Origin: Octopus sinensis
Taxonomy: Eukaryota
DNA length: 64,000 nt
NCBI RefSeq assembly: GCF_006345805.1
Contig: NC_043008.1
Span: 37,014,001 to 37,078,000, forward strand
Reading direction: 5' to 3'
Shown: piece by piece, positions 51,843 through 64,000 of the stretch
Layout: each line of letters begins with the position of its first letter
How positions within the stretch are numbered: the stretch's first letter is position 1
The notes under the pieces: generated by a model
Databases searched by the model: none
What the model saw: the letters and a program-made list of their open reading frames with translations, nothing else
What the model was told of the DNA's origin: nothing
Made by a program: the position numbers and the translations under genes

Positions 51843-52090
51843 GTGGAAGCGCGTGGATTAGTGGTTAGGGTGTCAGCACCATGATTGTAAGATAGTGGTT
51901 TTGATTCCTGGACCGGGCGACGCGTTGTGTTCTTTAGCAAAACACTTCATTTCACGTTGCTCCAGTCCACTCAGCTGGCAAAAATGAGTAACGCTGCAAT
52001 GGACTGGCGTCCCGTCCAGCTGGGGAACACATACGTCATAGAAACCGGGAAACCGGGCCCTTGAGCCTGGCTAGGCTTTAAAAAGGGCAT
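51843..52090 (+). mobile_element. SINE family C2
   Basis: tRNA-like head, gttgtgttctttagcaaaacacttc core, tail gactggcgtcccgtccagctggggaac...gaaaccgggaaaccgg. Confidence 0.75.
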
Positions 52091-52122
52091 ATTTATTATT
52101 TATATATATATATATAAATATA

Positions 52123-52174
<52 letters not shown>

Positions 52175-53749
52175 AGATTTATAGTCCAACCCCTGCCAGC
52201 ATGGAAAATCGATGATAAATAATAATGAAGATATAAAATATATATATATAAAATTAAACTGTGTGTGTGTGTGTGTGTGTATAATTTAGGCAAGCAAAAT
52301 GCAGGGCGACTGCGTTTTCAAAGCCTCACTTTGCCTGATGAGCTGGTGCTCATGAGGCAAAAGAGAATAAACTATTTGGACTGTATATTTGTATATTGTA
52401 ATACCTGGCATTTTTATGATTTCCTGAAAAATGATTACTTAAAGTGTGTATGTGTGTGTATATCTATATATTTGTATGTGTGTATTTTGGCATGCGTGTG
52501 TACATATGGTTTGACTATGAAACTTTGGTTAGAAAAATGGAAATCTTCCCCTTTAAAAATGAAGCCCTTTGAGATAGTTGTTTCGCATCTAGTTACAGAG
52601 ACACCTTTGTTGCGTTCACCATCAGAATTGCAGTAAACCAATGTTTGGTTCAATAGAAACCTTATGACATTATTCTTCAGTGTTTGTCATTGTCATCATT
52701 ATTAGCATCAGTTACCATTTTATCTCTGCTTTCCATTTGGCAAAAGCTCTCGTGGGCTGTCACACTCTGAGTTAGTTCATATTCGAAGTTTCTGCTCTTC
52801 TAAGGATGATATATTTAAATTTTAGCAAATTTCTATAGCTGAGTGTTCTTCCTAACACCAGCTACTTTACAGAGTGTACTGGGTGCATTTATCATGCACC
52901 TGCATTGGAAAGAATGTCATGTCCTCAAGAAGACAAACTACAGAGTTTTGTTAGCCCGACAATGTCTCTGATCATTTGCCAGTCACGTGACTGGCTGTAC
53001 TGGACAAATTTTATCATGGTGGTGGTACTAGCGAGATTGCCTTTTGCCCTGCAAGACTAAAGAGTGTTCTCACTGTACTATATTGTCTCTATTCAGGATA
53101 ATGTGGCCAGTGGAGTGGGTAGAAGAGAGATTGGTTGCAGAAGATGACATAGGATGGGAGAGAAAAAGAAAAAAGAGTATGAAAGGGGGGAAAGTGAGTG
53201 ATTGGAAAAAGAAAGAAATGTGAGAGATTAATGCCAAAGGACTAATCAAGAGAAGCAGTAAAGGTAGGGTGTTATGAGAGAGAGAGAAGGTAGTGGGAGA
53301 GAGACATTAATGGCAGCTACATGTTTGCAAATAGAAAAGAGAGAGAGAGTGAGTGAGAGTATCAGAAATGGTTAGTGGTAAAAGAGTGCAACAGATATCA
53401 ATATGGAATTAGAAGTAATACTAGTTGATAAGGAATAGCAAGATGGCAATAATAAAAGAATGATTGATGTGAATAAAAGACTGACTGGAAGGAGAAATTG
53501 CGGTGAGTAGTAAAGGAGGGTAAAATTGAGAGTGCAATGGATAACAAGAGATCCAATGCAATCCTTCCTTATCCAGGCATTGTAATGGATGAGAGACATT
53601 AATGGCAGCTATTTGTTTGCTGAGAGAAAAAGAAAGAGTGAGTGAGTGATGAGTAATTACAGGAATGGTTTGTGATAACAGAATGTGATGCTTGGCGTGG
53701 CACAGTGAATAGGAAAGGGGTTGAGAGAGTATCAAATAAACAAGAGGAG

Positions 53750-54180
53750 CAGCAGATGGGGTATTAGCTGGTACAAACTGGATGAAAGGCCCAGTTGTAG
53801 ACAGATATCCCAGACACCATTTCTACCCCATTTTAAAAATATTTCACCATGCTTGCACAGGTTGATGGGTCTTCTCCAGTGCCATATGTCACCAATCAAC
53901 AAGGTCCTTATCATAAAATAATAATAAATGTCAGGTTTCACAGCCATGCAGTAAACTGGACAAAAAAAATGAATCGTAACAAAAAAGTTTCAACTTGAAT
54001 GAACATTTTTTGCCAAACCATGTTTTATTGAACTAGAAAACTGCTGGTGCTGCTTTTCCTATTCTGCGAGAAGTTTCTTCATCCTTTTGAATATTGTTGG
54101 AACTATGTACATAGACAAAGTCATTGACAAGTTCTCTCCCACTTCTTTTTGATCCCTAGTAAGGGAATGAGAATTCTCTA
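53750..54180 (-). mobile_element. Decayed RTE/BovB-like fragment
   Basis: VNDFVYVHSSN...ETSRRIGKAA and LLHGCET* motifs. Confidence 0.4.
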
Positions 54181-56511
54181 AAAGGGTTAAGAAAGTGTTA
54201 ATACTGTGGGAGCCAGGTATTATACTAGACACATTTTGTCAATTTTACAACAGGTCATTTTGCAATGGTTGGCAGAATGCATAGAAACCAACAGTGACTC
54301 ATACTTAAAAAAGTGAACTCCAATCAAAAATCTTGATGCCCACATATTCCAGATATACCTCACTCTAGCTTCGAGTTGATTGGAATGAAAAAAATAAACA
54401 AGAAGCAAAAAAAAAATGACGAAAGAAACATAAGTGTTTTGTGGCTAAAATAAAATATTTTGGCAAACTCCATCCACCCCAATCAAAGAAAAAAAAAGAA
54501 AAAGAAAATTTAATTCCATCATATTGTATCATATTTCACAAACTTGGAAGTTTTCAAATTTTCTGTTTAGATAGGAAAGTTGGTATAAAAACTACCTCTT
54601 TGGAACAAAAAATTCTTGCTGCAAAAAAAAATTCCTTGAAAGTTCTCTTATTTTACATTAATTCTGTTGACATTTTCTTTTTCTTCCCATTTTTTCTGTT
54701 TTTGTCTACTTTTTTTTTTTTACTTTATACAGACATTTTAGACCAGAAATTTTTTTATATATTTAATTTATATATTTTTTTTATTATTATTCATGCTTTA
54801 TTAATTTTCTTATTAACTTTCTTCAGCGAGAAATCTAAATTTTGCTTTATTTTTTAATATTTTTTCACTGTTCTTATCCATTTTTTTTATTATATTCATC
54901 ATGTTTAGAATTGAATCTACTTCCAGACTTTCTTAAAAGCTCTGGAAATTCAGTCAATATACAAAGGAGACCCATTTCGACCCAGGAGAAATTTTTGTTT
55001 GCTTACTATTATTATTATTGTTGTTGTTGTCATTATTATTATTATTGTTAATATTATTTTTACAAAAAAAGAGAAAACTATTGAAGCCATGCATAAAACT
55101 AAGCTGATGCTATGGTCACCTCATTATTGCTTCTCAGACTTCAACAAGCATTATATCTTTAGAAATTATTTATTTGCGACTTCATACAAGCCCTCCCTGA
55201 AGTACTTACCCAACCATAGAAATATATTAAATTAAGAATCAAATTTAGCTATCAGTGTGAGAATACGAAGATGTTTTCTTATATTTATTTATTGTAATCA
55301 ATACCATATGAACAATATTAATATATGTATGTGCATCTGTATGTGTATGATTATCTGTGTGTGTGTGTGTACATGTATATATGCACACACAACATATATA
55401 TACATATATATACATGTGCATATATATATATAATAATATATATATATGTATATAAATATATATATATATATATATAGATATATATGCGTATGTATATATG
55501 TGTGTATGAATATATACATACATACACATCTGCTTACATTACTCACACATTATATACCTGTATACATTTGCATACATATATGTATGTGTATACACAAACA
55601 CGCATGCATACCATGATAATAGAAAAATTGAGAGTAAAAGAATTATTTAAATTATATTTAAGAATATATTCTATTGAAATTGTAATTTTTTTCTTTTCAA
55701 ATTTTATTACATAACAATAATTTAATTCTTTCACTTAAATTTCTATCATCTCAATTTCATTCACCAAAACCTTGTATTTCATGGTAACCCAAATTACTTC
55801 ACAAAACAACTTTGAGCTGATTTCACCCCCTACCCCACCTTACATTCGTGGAAAGGCACTCTCTTCATGCCTCTGTGAATCCCCATGAACCTTCAAGGGT
55901 CCTAAGGGACGCTTCTTATCTCTATTATTTGTGATGTTATAGGGATGAGAGACAGAGTTTTCCCTAGACAGAATACTAGTGTCACCATCATCATCATCAT
56001 CATCATCATCATCGTTTTAATGTCCATTTTTCCATGCTTGCATGGTTCAGATGGAATTTGTTGGGATGGATTTTTTTTACGGCTAGATGCTCTTCCTGTG
56101 GCCAACACTTACCTCCTTCCGAGTAAAATAATATATAACCCTGACCTCTATGCCACAAGTATTTTTTCTATGGCAAGACTTGAACTCTTAGCTGTATTTT
56201 CCAGCATTCAAATCGATATAGTATATAGTATAGACATTTTGTCATTATCTTTCCAAATCCTACTCCGTTTCTCTTGGAATTTTTGGTCTTCTAAAGTTGT
56301 CTTGATATACAAGGTGACCGACCTGTTTTTGGCTGTATGTGTTCGTCTGAAAAATTTGACTTGCTGAAAAATATGGTCGTCAGTAGTTCAGTGCAAATGA
56401 ATATATCTAATGCAGAACATAACAATTCTAATGAGAAAAACTAATGTCATGCGGAAAGGCTATTATTGACTCAGTGACTAGTATTAATTATTCTAACAGA
56501 TTCAGTGATAT

Positions 56512-56542
<31 letters not shown>

Positions 56543-56772
56543 GAAATTCAATATGCGCAACTCTTAATCCAGACACATATTGTTTTCTTTCCATTTTTTT
56601 CCTCTCTCCATCTGTTTTCTCTCCTCTTTCCTTTCTGTTGGAGAGTGTAGGCTTGAAACATTAAAGATTTCTTCCATTTTTTCTTGAGTGTCAAACTAAT
56701 TCACTCTATCTGTTGTTCTCTCGCCTATTTCTGCTTTTTGTTGTTTTGTTTCTTCCATCATTTTGAACTATA

Positions 56773-56820
<48 letters not shown>

Positions 56821-56822
<2 letters not shown>

Positions 56823-58700
56823 CGTCGTCGTCGTTTAACGTCTGCTTTCCATGTTGGCATGGGTTGGACGGTCTGACTGAGGGCTGGGAAGCCAGAAGGC
56901 TGCACCAGGCTCCAATCTGATCTGGAAAAGTTTCTACAGCTGGATACCCCTCCTAATACCAACCACTCTGAGAGCATAGTGGATGCTTTTTATGTGCCAC
57001 AGGCATGAGGGCCAGTCAGGTGGTACTGGCATCAACTACTTTTGAATGGTACTTTTTATGTGATCGGCACAGGAGCCAGTCAGGGGGCACTGGCAATGAC
57101 CACACTCAAATGGTGCTTTTTATGTGCTACAAGCACAGGTGCGAAATCAGGAAATACTGTCATTGGCCATGACAATGACTTCACTTGACTCAACAGGTCT
57201 TTGCAAGTGCAGTCTATTGCCCAATGATTGAAAGGTACTCTTAAATGGACCGGTTATGCTGCACTGGCATAGGCCACGGTTACAGTCTCACTTGGCTTGC
57301 TGGGTCTTCTCAAGCACAGCATATCTCCAAAGGTCTCAGTCACTTGTCATTGCCTCAGTGAGGCCCAATGTTTGAAGGGCGTGCTTCAACACCTCATCCC
57401 AGGTCTTCCTGGGTCTACCTCTTCCACAGGTTCCCTATACTACTAGGGTATGACACTTTTTCACACAGCTGTCCTCATCTATATGATCATACCAGCACAG
57501 TCGTCTCTCTTGCACACCACATCTGATGCTTCTTATGTCCAACTTTTCTCTCAGGGCACTTACACTCTGTTATGTACGCATACTTACATTACACATCCAG
57601 CGGATCATACTAGCTTCATTCCTTGCAAGCTTATGCATGTCCTCAGCAGTCATGGCCCATGTTTCACTGCTATGTAGCATGGCTGTTTGCACACATGCAT
57701 CATACAGTCTACCTTTTACTCTGAGTGAGAGGCCCTTTGTCTCCAGCAGAGGTAGGAGTTCTCTGAACTTTGCCCAGGCTATTCTTATTCAAGCAGCTAC
57801 ACTTTCAGAGCATCCACCCCAACTACTGACTTGGTTACCTAGGTAACGGAAGCTATCAACTACTTCTAGTTTTTTCCCCCTGTCATGTGACAGAAGCTGT
57901 TTTCTGCACATTTACAGGGTGTATTGCCCCTGAGCATTTGCCACACACAAAAACTATCTTCCTTTGATATTGCTGCACCTCTTATGTGTCCATAGCTTAC
58001 ACTGGGTATACCTTTTCTACAGATCAAACTGGGCCATCTACCTGAAGGGGTTTTGTCTGCCTTTCTACTTATTAAGACTTTGGTTTTTCTAGATTGACTC
58101 TAAGGCCCTTTGATTCTAGACCTTACTTCCACACCTGAAACTTCTCCTCTAGTTCTGATAGAGACTCAGCTATTAGATAAAGGTCATCAGCATAGAGAAA
58201 CTCCCAGGGACATCTTGTCTTGCATTCCTCTGTTATTGCCTGGAGGACTATGATGAATAAGAGGGGCTGAGGACTGATCCTTGATGGGCCCCTACCCTTA
58301 TCCAGAATTCTTCACTCTACTTGTTGCCAACCCTCAACTTACAGACAGCATCCCTGTACATGGCTTGTACAGCTCTCACTAACCACTCATCTTTCCCTAG
58401 TTTCCACATTGACTACCAGATAAGGGATTGGGGGACCCTGTCAAAGGCTTTCTCTATGTCAATGAAAGCCAGATACAGAGGTTTATCTTTGGCTAGGAAT
58501 TTCTCCTGCAGCTGTCTTACCAGAAATATAGTATCAGTAGTGCTTTCTTCCTGGTACAAACCCGAAACGCATCTTGTCTAAACTGATTCACTCCTTAATC
58601 TGTTGGGTTATGACCCTCTCCATGACTTTCATTACCTGATCCAACAACTTGATACCTCCGTAATTATTTATATCTAATGCATCACCTTTACTCTATATAT
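56821..58700 (-). mobile_element. 5'-truncated, decayed RTE-clade LINE (RT domain + 3' UTR)
   Basis: IDIEKAFDRVP (about 58433-58463), GAHQGSVLSP, PWEFLYADDL (YADD 58184-58195), LRVNLEKTK, VVDSFRYLG, ETW, GRGRPRKTW; 3' UTR ends in (GAC/GAT)n. Confidence 0.92.
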
Positions 58701-58968
58701 AGGAAGGGCATCCAGCAATAAAAAACATGCCAAAACAGACAAAGGAACCTGGTGCAGCTTCCAGCCTTACCAGTTCTTGTCAAACCAATCAGCCTGTGCC
58801 AGCATGGAAAGCAGATGTTAAATTAATATAACTATTATTTTTTTTTTTTTATCTAAGAGAATGTTACCAATCTTTGTGGAAGAAGATTACTAACTTCTTC
58901 CAGAAATGTTGGTGATGTTTCTTTAAAAATTAAAATTTTATACATAAATAAATATATATATATATGTA

Positions 58969-59350
58969 TAGGTGCAGAAGTAGCTTACCAATCACATGGT
59001 TCCGGTTTCAGTCCCACTGCGTGGCACCTTCAGCAAATGTCTTCTACTATAGCCTGGGGCTGACGAAAGCCTTGTGAGTGGATTTGGTAGATTAAAACTG
59101 GAATAAGCCTGTCGTATATATATATATATATATATATATATGTTTGTGTGTCTGTGTTTTTCCCCCCACCACCATCGCTTGACAACCGATGTTGGTGTGT
59201 TTACATCCCCATAACATTAGTGGTTCAGCAAAAGAGACTGATAGAATAAGTACTAGGCTTACAAAGAATAAGCCCTGGGGTCGATTTGCTCAGCTAAATG
59301 CGGTGTTCCAGCATGACCACAGACGGAAACAAATGAAAAGAAAGAATAAA
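58969..59350 (+). mobile_element. Family A SINE
   Basis: Collinear with the 20009 copy, with a short deletion in the head. Confidence 0.85.
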
Positions 59351-59909
59351 AAAATATATATGTGTGTGTCTGTGTGTCTTTGCATTGATACTGATTCGGC
59401 AGTGTTTACATGTTTATATCACTCATAAGCAAAACAAGTGGCCGTGGTTTAGTGCAAAACAACAGTGAATAAAGAACCTTACTTGAAGGAAAACACAGAA
59501 AGAAAATCTGTGGGTTTGGCCATGGAATACTGCCTCAAGAAGTCCTGTCTAACTGATGCCGGTTATGGGAAGAAGTGGACGTAAAAATTATGGTGATGAT
59601 GATGATGGTTGTGGTGGTGGTGGTGGTGGTGGTTTTGTTGGCTGTAGTGGTGGCAGTAGCAGACGAAGTGATGATGTTGATGATAGGGATGATAATGATG
59701 ATGACGATGACGATGATCAAATGTTGGTGCAATGAAAGAAGGAAACAACATGCTAAGTAAAGAGGTTGGCATTAGGAAGGGGATCCATCCAGGGTAACTA
59801 TACCCAAGTAGACATTGTTGCACCACCCTGTCAAACCGTCCAACCCATGTCAACATGGAATTTCATTCATTTTTAAGTTCTTCGTTTCCTATGAAACATA
59901 AACCACCAA

Positions 59910-60299
59910 CAGCATTTCTTCATTGTTCCCAACCCTGAGCTGTCTTTTTCCTCCCCTGGCTCATCCTGGTTTTGAATTGTCATTGATGCTTCCATTAATT
60001 TTGCTTTTTCTCAAAGTAGGGGTGTTGACCCCATGCAAGCCCATGCTTCCCGCTGAGAAGAGGTGGTCCATATTAGATTGGCCTCTCACCTTTGACCTTT
60101 CCAGCATTTCTTCATTGTTCTCAACCCTGGGCTGTCTTTTTCCTCCCCTGGCTCTTCTTGGTTTTGAATTGTCATTGATGCTTCTGTTAAGTTTGCTTTT
60201 TCTCAAAGTAGGAGTGTTGATCCCATGTAAGCCCATGCTTTCCTCTGTGAAGAAGTGTTCCATATCAGATTGGCCTCTCACCTTTGACCTTTCCAGCAT
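59910..60299. repeat. 192-bp tandem duplication (2 units), frame-preserving
   Basis: cagcat at 59910, 60102 and 60294; 16 substitutions and no indels between units. Confidence 0.92.
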
Positions 60300-61859
60300 G
60301 GGTGGGGCCTTATCAGGGGTTTGTGCCCCACCAGTATAGCTGTTAGAGGTATACAAGCCATCATACCACTACCAGGATTTGACCTTGTGGTGATGCATGC
60401 TAGCATGGAAACTGGACATTAAATGATGAGGAGAGAGTGGATGAGAACAGTGGTAATGAAAATGATGATGATGATCACTATATTAGTATTTCTAATTAGT
60501 TTTAGCTTTTCTTATTTTCTGCCCAGCATTAGATATATTCCCCATTGCTTATCTGTTAAGTATTGCTATGGCATACAGCAGCAGTTAATCACACCATATT
60601 GTGTGCAAGCCAACAAGAGAGTTTCCACGTGGTCATTCAATGTGCTAAAAATAGCAGCTAGATCTTCCTCAAATCATACCTGACTCTATTTTAAAAAAGT
60701 GCACATTGGAATAATATGGTCCTAGATGTATTGTTTCAGGAACCAGACAGAGTGGTCATATCTAGAAAGGGGTTGAATAGGGGTTTACTTGATCAATGCA
60801 AACGCTGAGCTAAGCAACAATGATCCTTCCTTACATGGTATCTAGTGCTAAACAGTTTATGTCTTCCGGTGTTTAGATCTATTTGGCTGTAGACACAAGA
60901 GAAGGTTGATGATAGATGACTTGAAACAGGATTTTAACTCATCTGTTTGTTTAGTATCCTACAAAGTTAAACATAAGTGCAAACATAGCTGGCTGTGTGG
61001 TTAAGAAGCTTGCAGCACTTTTGGCTAGTGCCTTCTAGTATAATTCTGGCCCAGCCAATGACTTATGAGTGAATTAGTTAGACAAAAACTGTTTGGAAAC
61101 TTGTCATATGTATGTATGTGTGTATGTATGTATGAATGGATGGATGTATGGATGGATGCATGGATGGATGCATGTATGTTAAGATTCAGGTGAATAAGGC
61201 CCTTAAAAGTATAATGTACTCATTGACCAATTAAGATATTCATTAGAAACAATTGTAATGAATTGACACCTATCCATCATTTGTTATTTATTTAAACACA
61301 CACACACACACACATACACATATATATATACATATACATATATATGTATCTATATTGTGGGTGCGCATGTGTGTGTGTTTGTGTTTATTCCCCCACCCTC
61401 TTGTCAACTGGTATTGGTTTATTCACAGCCCAATAAATTAACATTTTGACAAAAACAAAAAATAAAAAAGAGGTTGATAGAATTAAGTAGCATACTTTTA
61501 AAAAGCTAAGTTCTGGGGTTGATTCATTTAACCCTTCAAGGTTGTGCCCCAGCAAGGCAAGTGTGTAATGACAGAAACAAGAAAAATATGAAGAATGGAA
61601 GATTCATTTTCTCTTCATCACAGAATGATAAAAAGAATTGGCTTTTTCCATTCACCAGCAGCTAATCAGCATCTTATACTTTGCCCAGTCTTTTTCCCAA
61701 GAATTGCTTGACCCTTGATCTTTCTTCTATATTTAAAGCCATAGCAATTCGAACTGAGTATAAACCACATTGATGTCACTAAATAATCCTGCTCCACTGT
61801 AATTCTAACTTAATCCATGTGGAGTCACTAATGAAAATTTCATCTTCCATGTTATCTAG

Positions 61860-62160
61860 GTGGAGGCACATGGCCAAGTGGTTAGAGCAGCGGACTCGAG
61901 GTCGAGGGATTGCTGGTTTGAATCTCAGACCGGGCAATGTGTGTGTTTATGAGTGAAACAACTAAACTCCACGTGGCTCCAGCAGGAGGTAATAGTGAAC
62001 TTCTGCTGACTCTTTCGCCACAACCTTTTCTCACTCTTTCCTCCTGCATCTTGCAGCTCACCTGCGACGAACCAGTATGCCGTCCAGGTGGGGAACCTAT
62101 ATGCCAAAGAAACCGGGAAACTGGCTCTAATGAACCAGGCATGGCTCGAGGAGGAACAAA
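61860..62160 (+). mobile_element. tRNA-Arg-like-headed SINE with 12-bp TSD
   Basis: Perfect TSD catgttatctag at 61848-61859 and 62161-62172; head like 30052, tail like 51843. Confidence 0.9.
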
Positions 62161-62759
62161 CATGTTATCTAGTGTAGCCTTCTTTTCTAAGATGATAGGG
62201 TGTGATTTGAGTGGGAATCAGTTACTATATGCAGGAAAGTGATTGACTACATAGAATCCACCCAGGCTGATTTGACCACAATATGGTATAATTCTCTGTT
62301 GTAAGCAGTGGTAATGCTATATATTTGGATATGCAGAATAAGCCATTCTGTCAAGCACCATGTCACTGTAAACTATATATGCATGCAATACAATTCAAAT
62401 TCACTACAGTAGGTTAACAAAACACTCACAAATTGATACAATGATTTCTCTATATATTTCTCCTTCATAATTATTTGTATGGTGGATAGAGCCATGAAGT
62501 CAGTGTTGCTTGTTATAGAATACAGCTTACTGACCCTCTTTCAATGACAGCAGCTTTGACTCTACATAAATATGTTGTGAAATGTAAAATATCTTGGAGC
62601 TTTAACAATATCACCCATGAATGCTTTGTTTGTGAGTGTGTAATATGATTTGAGAGCAATTGACTGTGATAAAGCCCTTTCTTCTACAAAGTATTGTCTA
62701 CAAGTTAACAACTCCCTAGTAAATGGAGTAGATTATAACATAGGTCTGTCATGAGCAAA

Positions 62760-62965
62760 AAGACTGGAGTTTAACCAGGTTTCCACGGCATGTAATTGAC
62801 TGAGATTAAAACATCCCCCACCCAAGAAATAGGGCACCTGTTCTTCACAGGATCAATTTCCCAGCTACTCATTTATAACTAAGAGAAAAGGAACACCTGA
62901 TCTGGGAATTGAAACCATGATCTCACAATCATGAGTGCAACACACTAACCACTGGACCATATACC
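62760..62965 (-). mobile_element. C2-related SINE, diverged
   Basis: Minus head tggtccagtggttagtgtgttgcactcatgattgtgagatcatggtttcaattccc. Confidence 0.5.
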
Positions 62966-64000
62966 TCCATGGTATATGGAACAGGTGTATTAAAATGGTT
63001 CAACTAGGAATCAAACCCTACATTGTAGATTCAGTTTGATGGAAACTTGCTACTGCTATACAGTGAATACCGCCCACCAACACCACCATCATCACAACAC
63101 ACACACACACACACATACACACACACACAGTATACTGTCACTTAAGCCAATGGTGCACAATATGAATCATACAGCTCAAGAGTGGGTCATGAAAAATCTT
63201 CAGTGGGCCACAGTGACACTTATATAATTAGAGAAAAGTTACATGCATGATGTCAATATTTTCTACATTCACACTGATTAATTTGCTTATGTTTTTTTTT
63301 TTTTTTTACTTAATTTGATATTTTTACCTTTCAGATATGGCTTATGTGATTTGGATTCAATCTGTGTTATAGCTGTTATTCATTTATGTTTTGTTTTATT
63401 TAAATAATATTGTCATGGACCACAGTCATTATAAAATATTAATATATGCACTTGAAACAGCATTAAATTGAAATCCCGGTATGTATAACATTTATAATGT
63501 ATATACAAAGGCATAATGGAATTAGATGTAATATTCTATCTCAGAGAAACTTTTCAGAAATTTCTTGGAGATGTTGCTCTCTGAAAACTATTACAGCTGA
63601 TGCTGTTTCACATTTGTATGTACATTATAAACGTTATACACATTGATATATTGCAAAAAAGAAAAAAAAAAAGGAAAAAATAGAAAAAAGAATTGTGGGC
63701 CATTCCATAGCATATAAAAAAAAATATAGTTGTGCATCACTGAAGTCTTAAACATGTGACATTTAATTCATTAAGTGATGTTCAAGTTTTTATTTATTAC
63801 AATGTTCAGCATGCCTTGTTTCAAAAAAAAAAAACCCAATCATATGCTGCTTGCTTTTAAAGACAAAAGGAAAAAAAAAAAAGATACAAAAAATAAAACA
63901 AAAAATAAAACAGCTAAAAGTTGAAACTGAATTACAACATATAATCTATTTATTAATGAAGGAAAGTGTTTTGAAATTAATGTTTGAACTTTTCAGATAT

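Noticed and set aside
53295-53650. Direct repeat gagagacattaatggcagct about 290 bp apart
   Set aside because: Short duplication within purine-rich low-complexity sequence; no further structure.
59923-60339. 138-aa hydrophobic + strand ORF as a membrane protein
   Set aside because: It is the antisense shadow of the 192-bp duplication, starts at TTG, and unit differences are mostly non-synonymous.

Overview
AT-rich, repeat-dense eukaryotic DNA. The repeat landscape (tRNA-headed SINEs with internal microsatellites, RTE and Dong/R4 LINEs, Penelope-like remnants, long TA/CA/GATA/TAA tracts) looks like an octopus (coleoid cephalopod) genome; this is recognition from memory, not a search result. 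Almost all entries in the supplied ORF track are microsatellite or repeat artefacts. Only one host coding exon is well supported: the terminal exon of DPH5 (diphthine methyl ester synthase) at 45116-45342 (+). I could not find its upstream exons in the 45 kb before it. The rest is transposon debris: many SINE copies of at least three head types, a decayed RTE LINE with recognisable RT motifs (56.8-58.7 kb), Dong/R4 fragments (several embedded in TAA repeats), a Penelope GIY-YIG remnant, an internally deleted Tc1 element and several MITEs. The most interesting items are three hammerhead-ribozyme-like motifs of Penelope type (one inside an inverted repeat), a 535-bp insert carrying a 192-bp in-frame duplication, SINE head/tail shuffling, and several fold-back structures. 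Repeat boundaries are approximate, read by eye.
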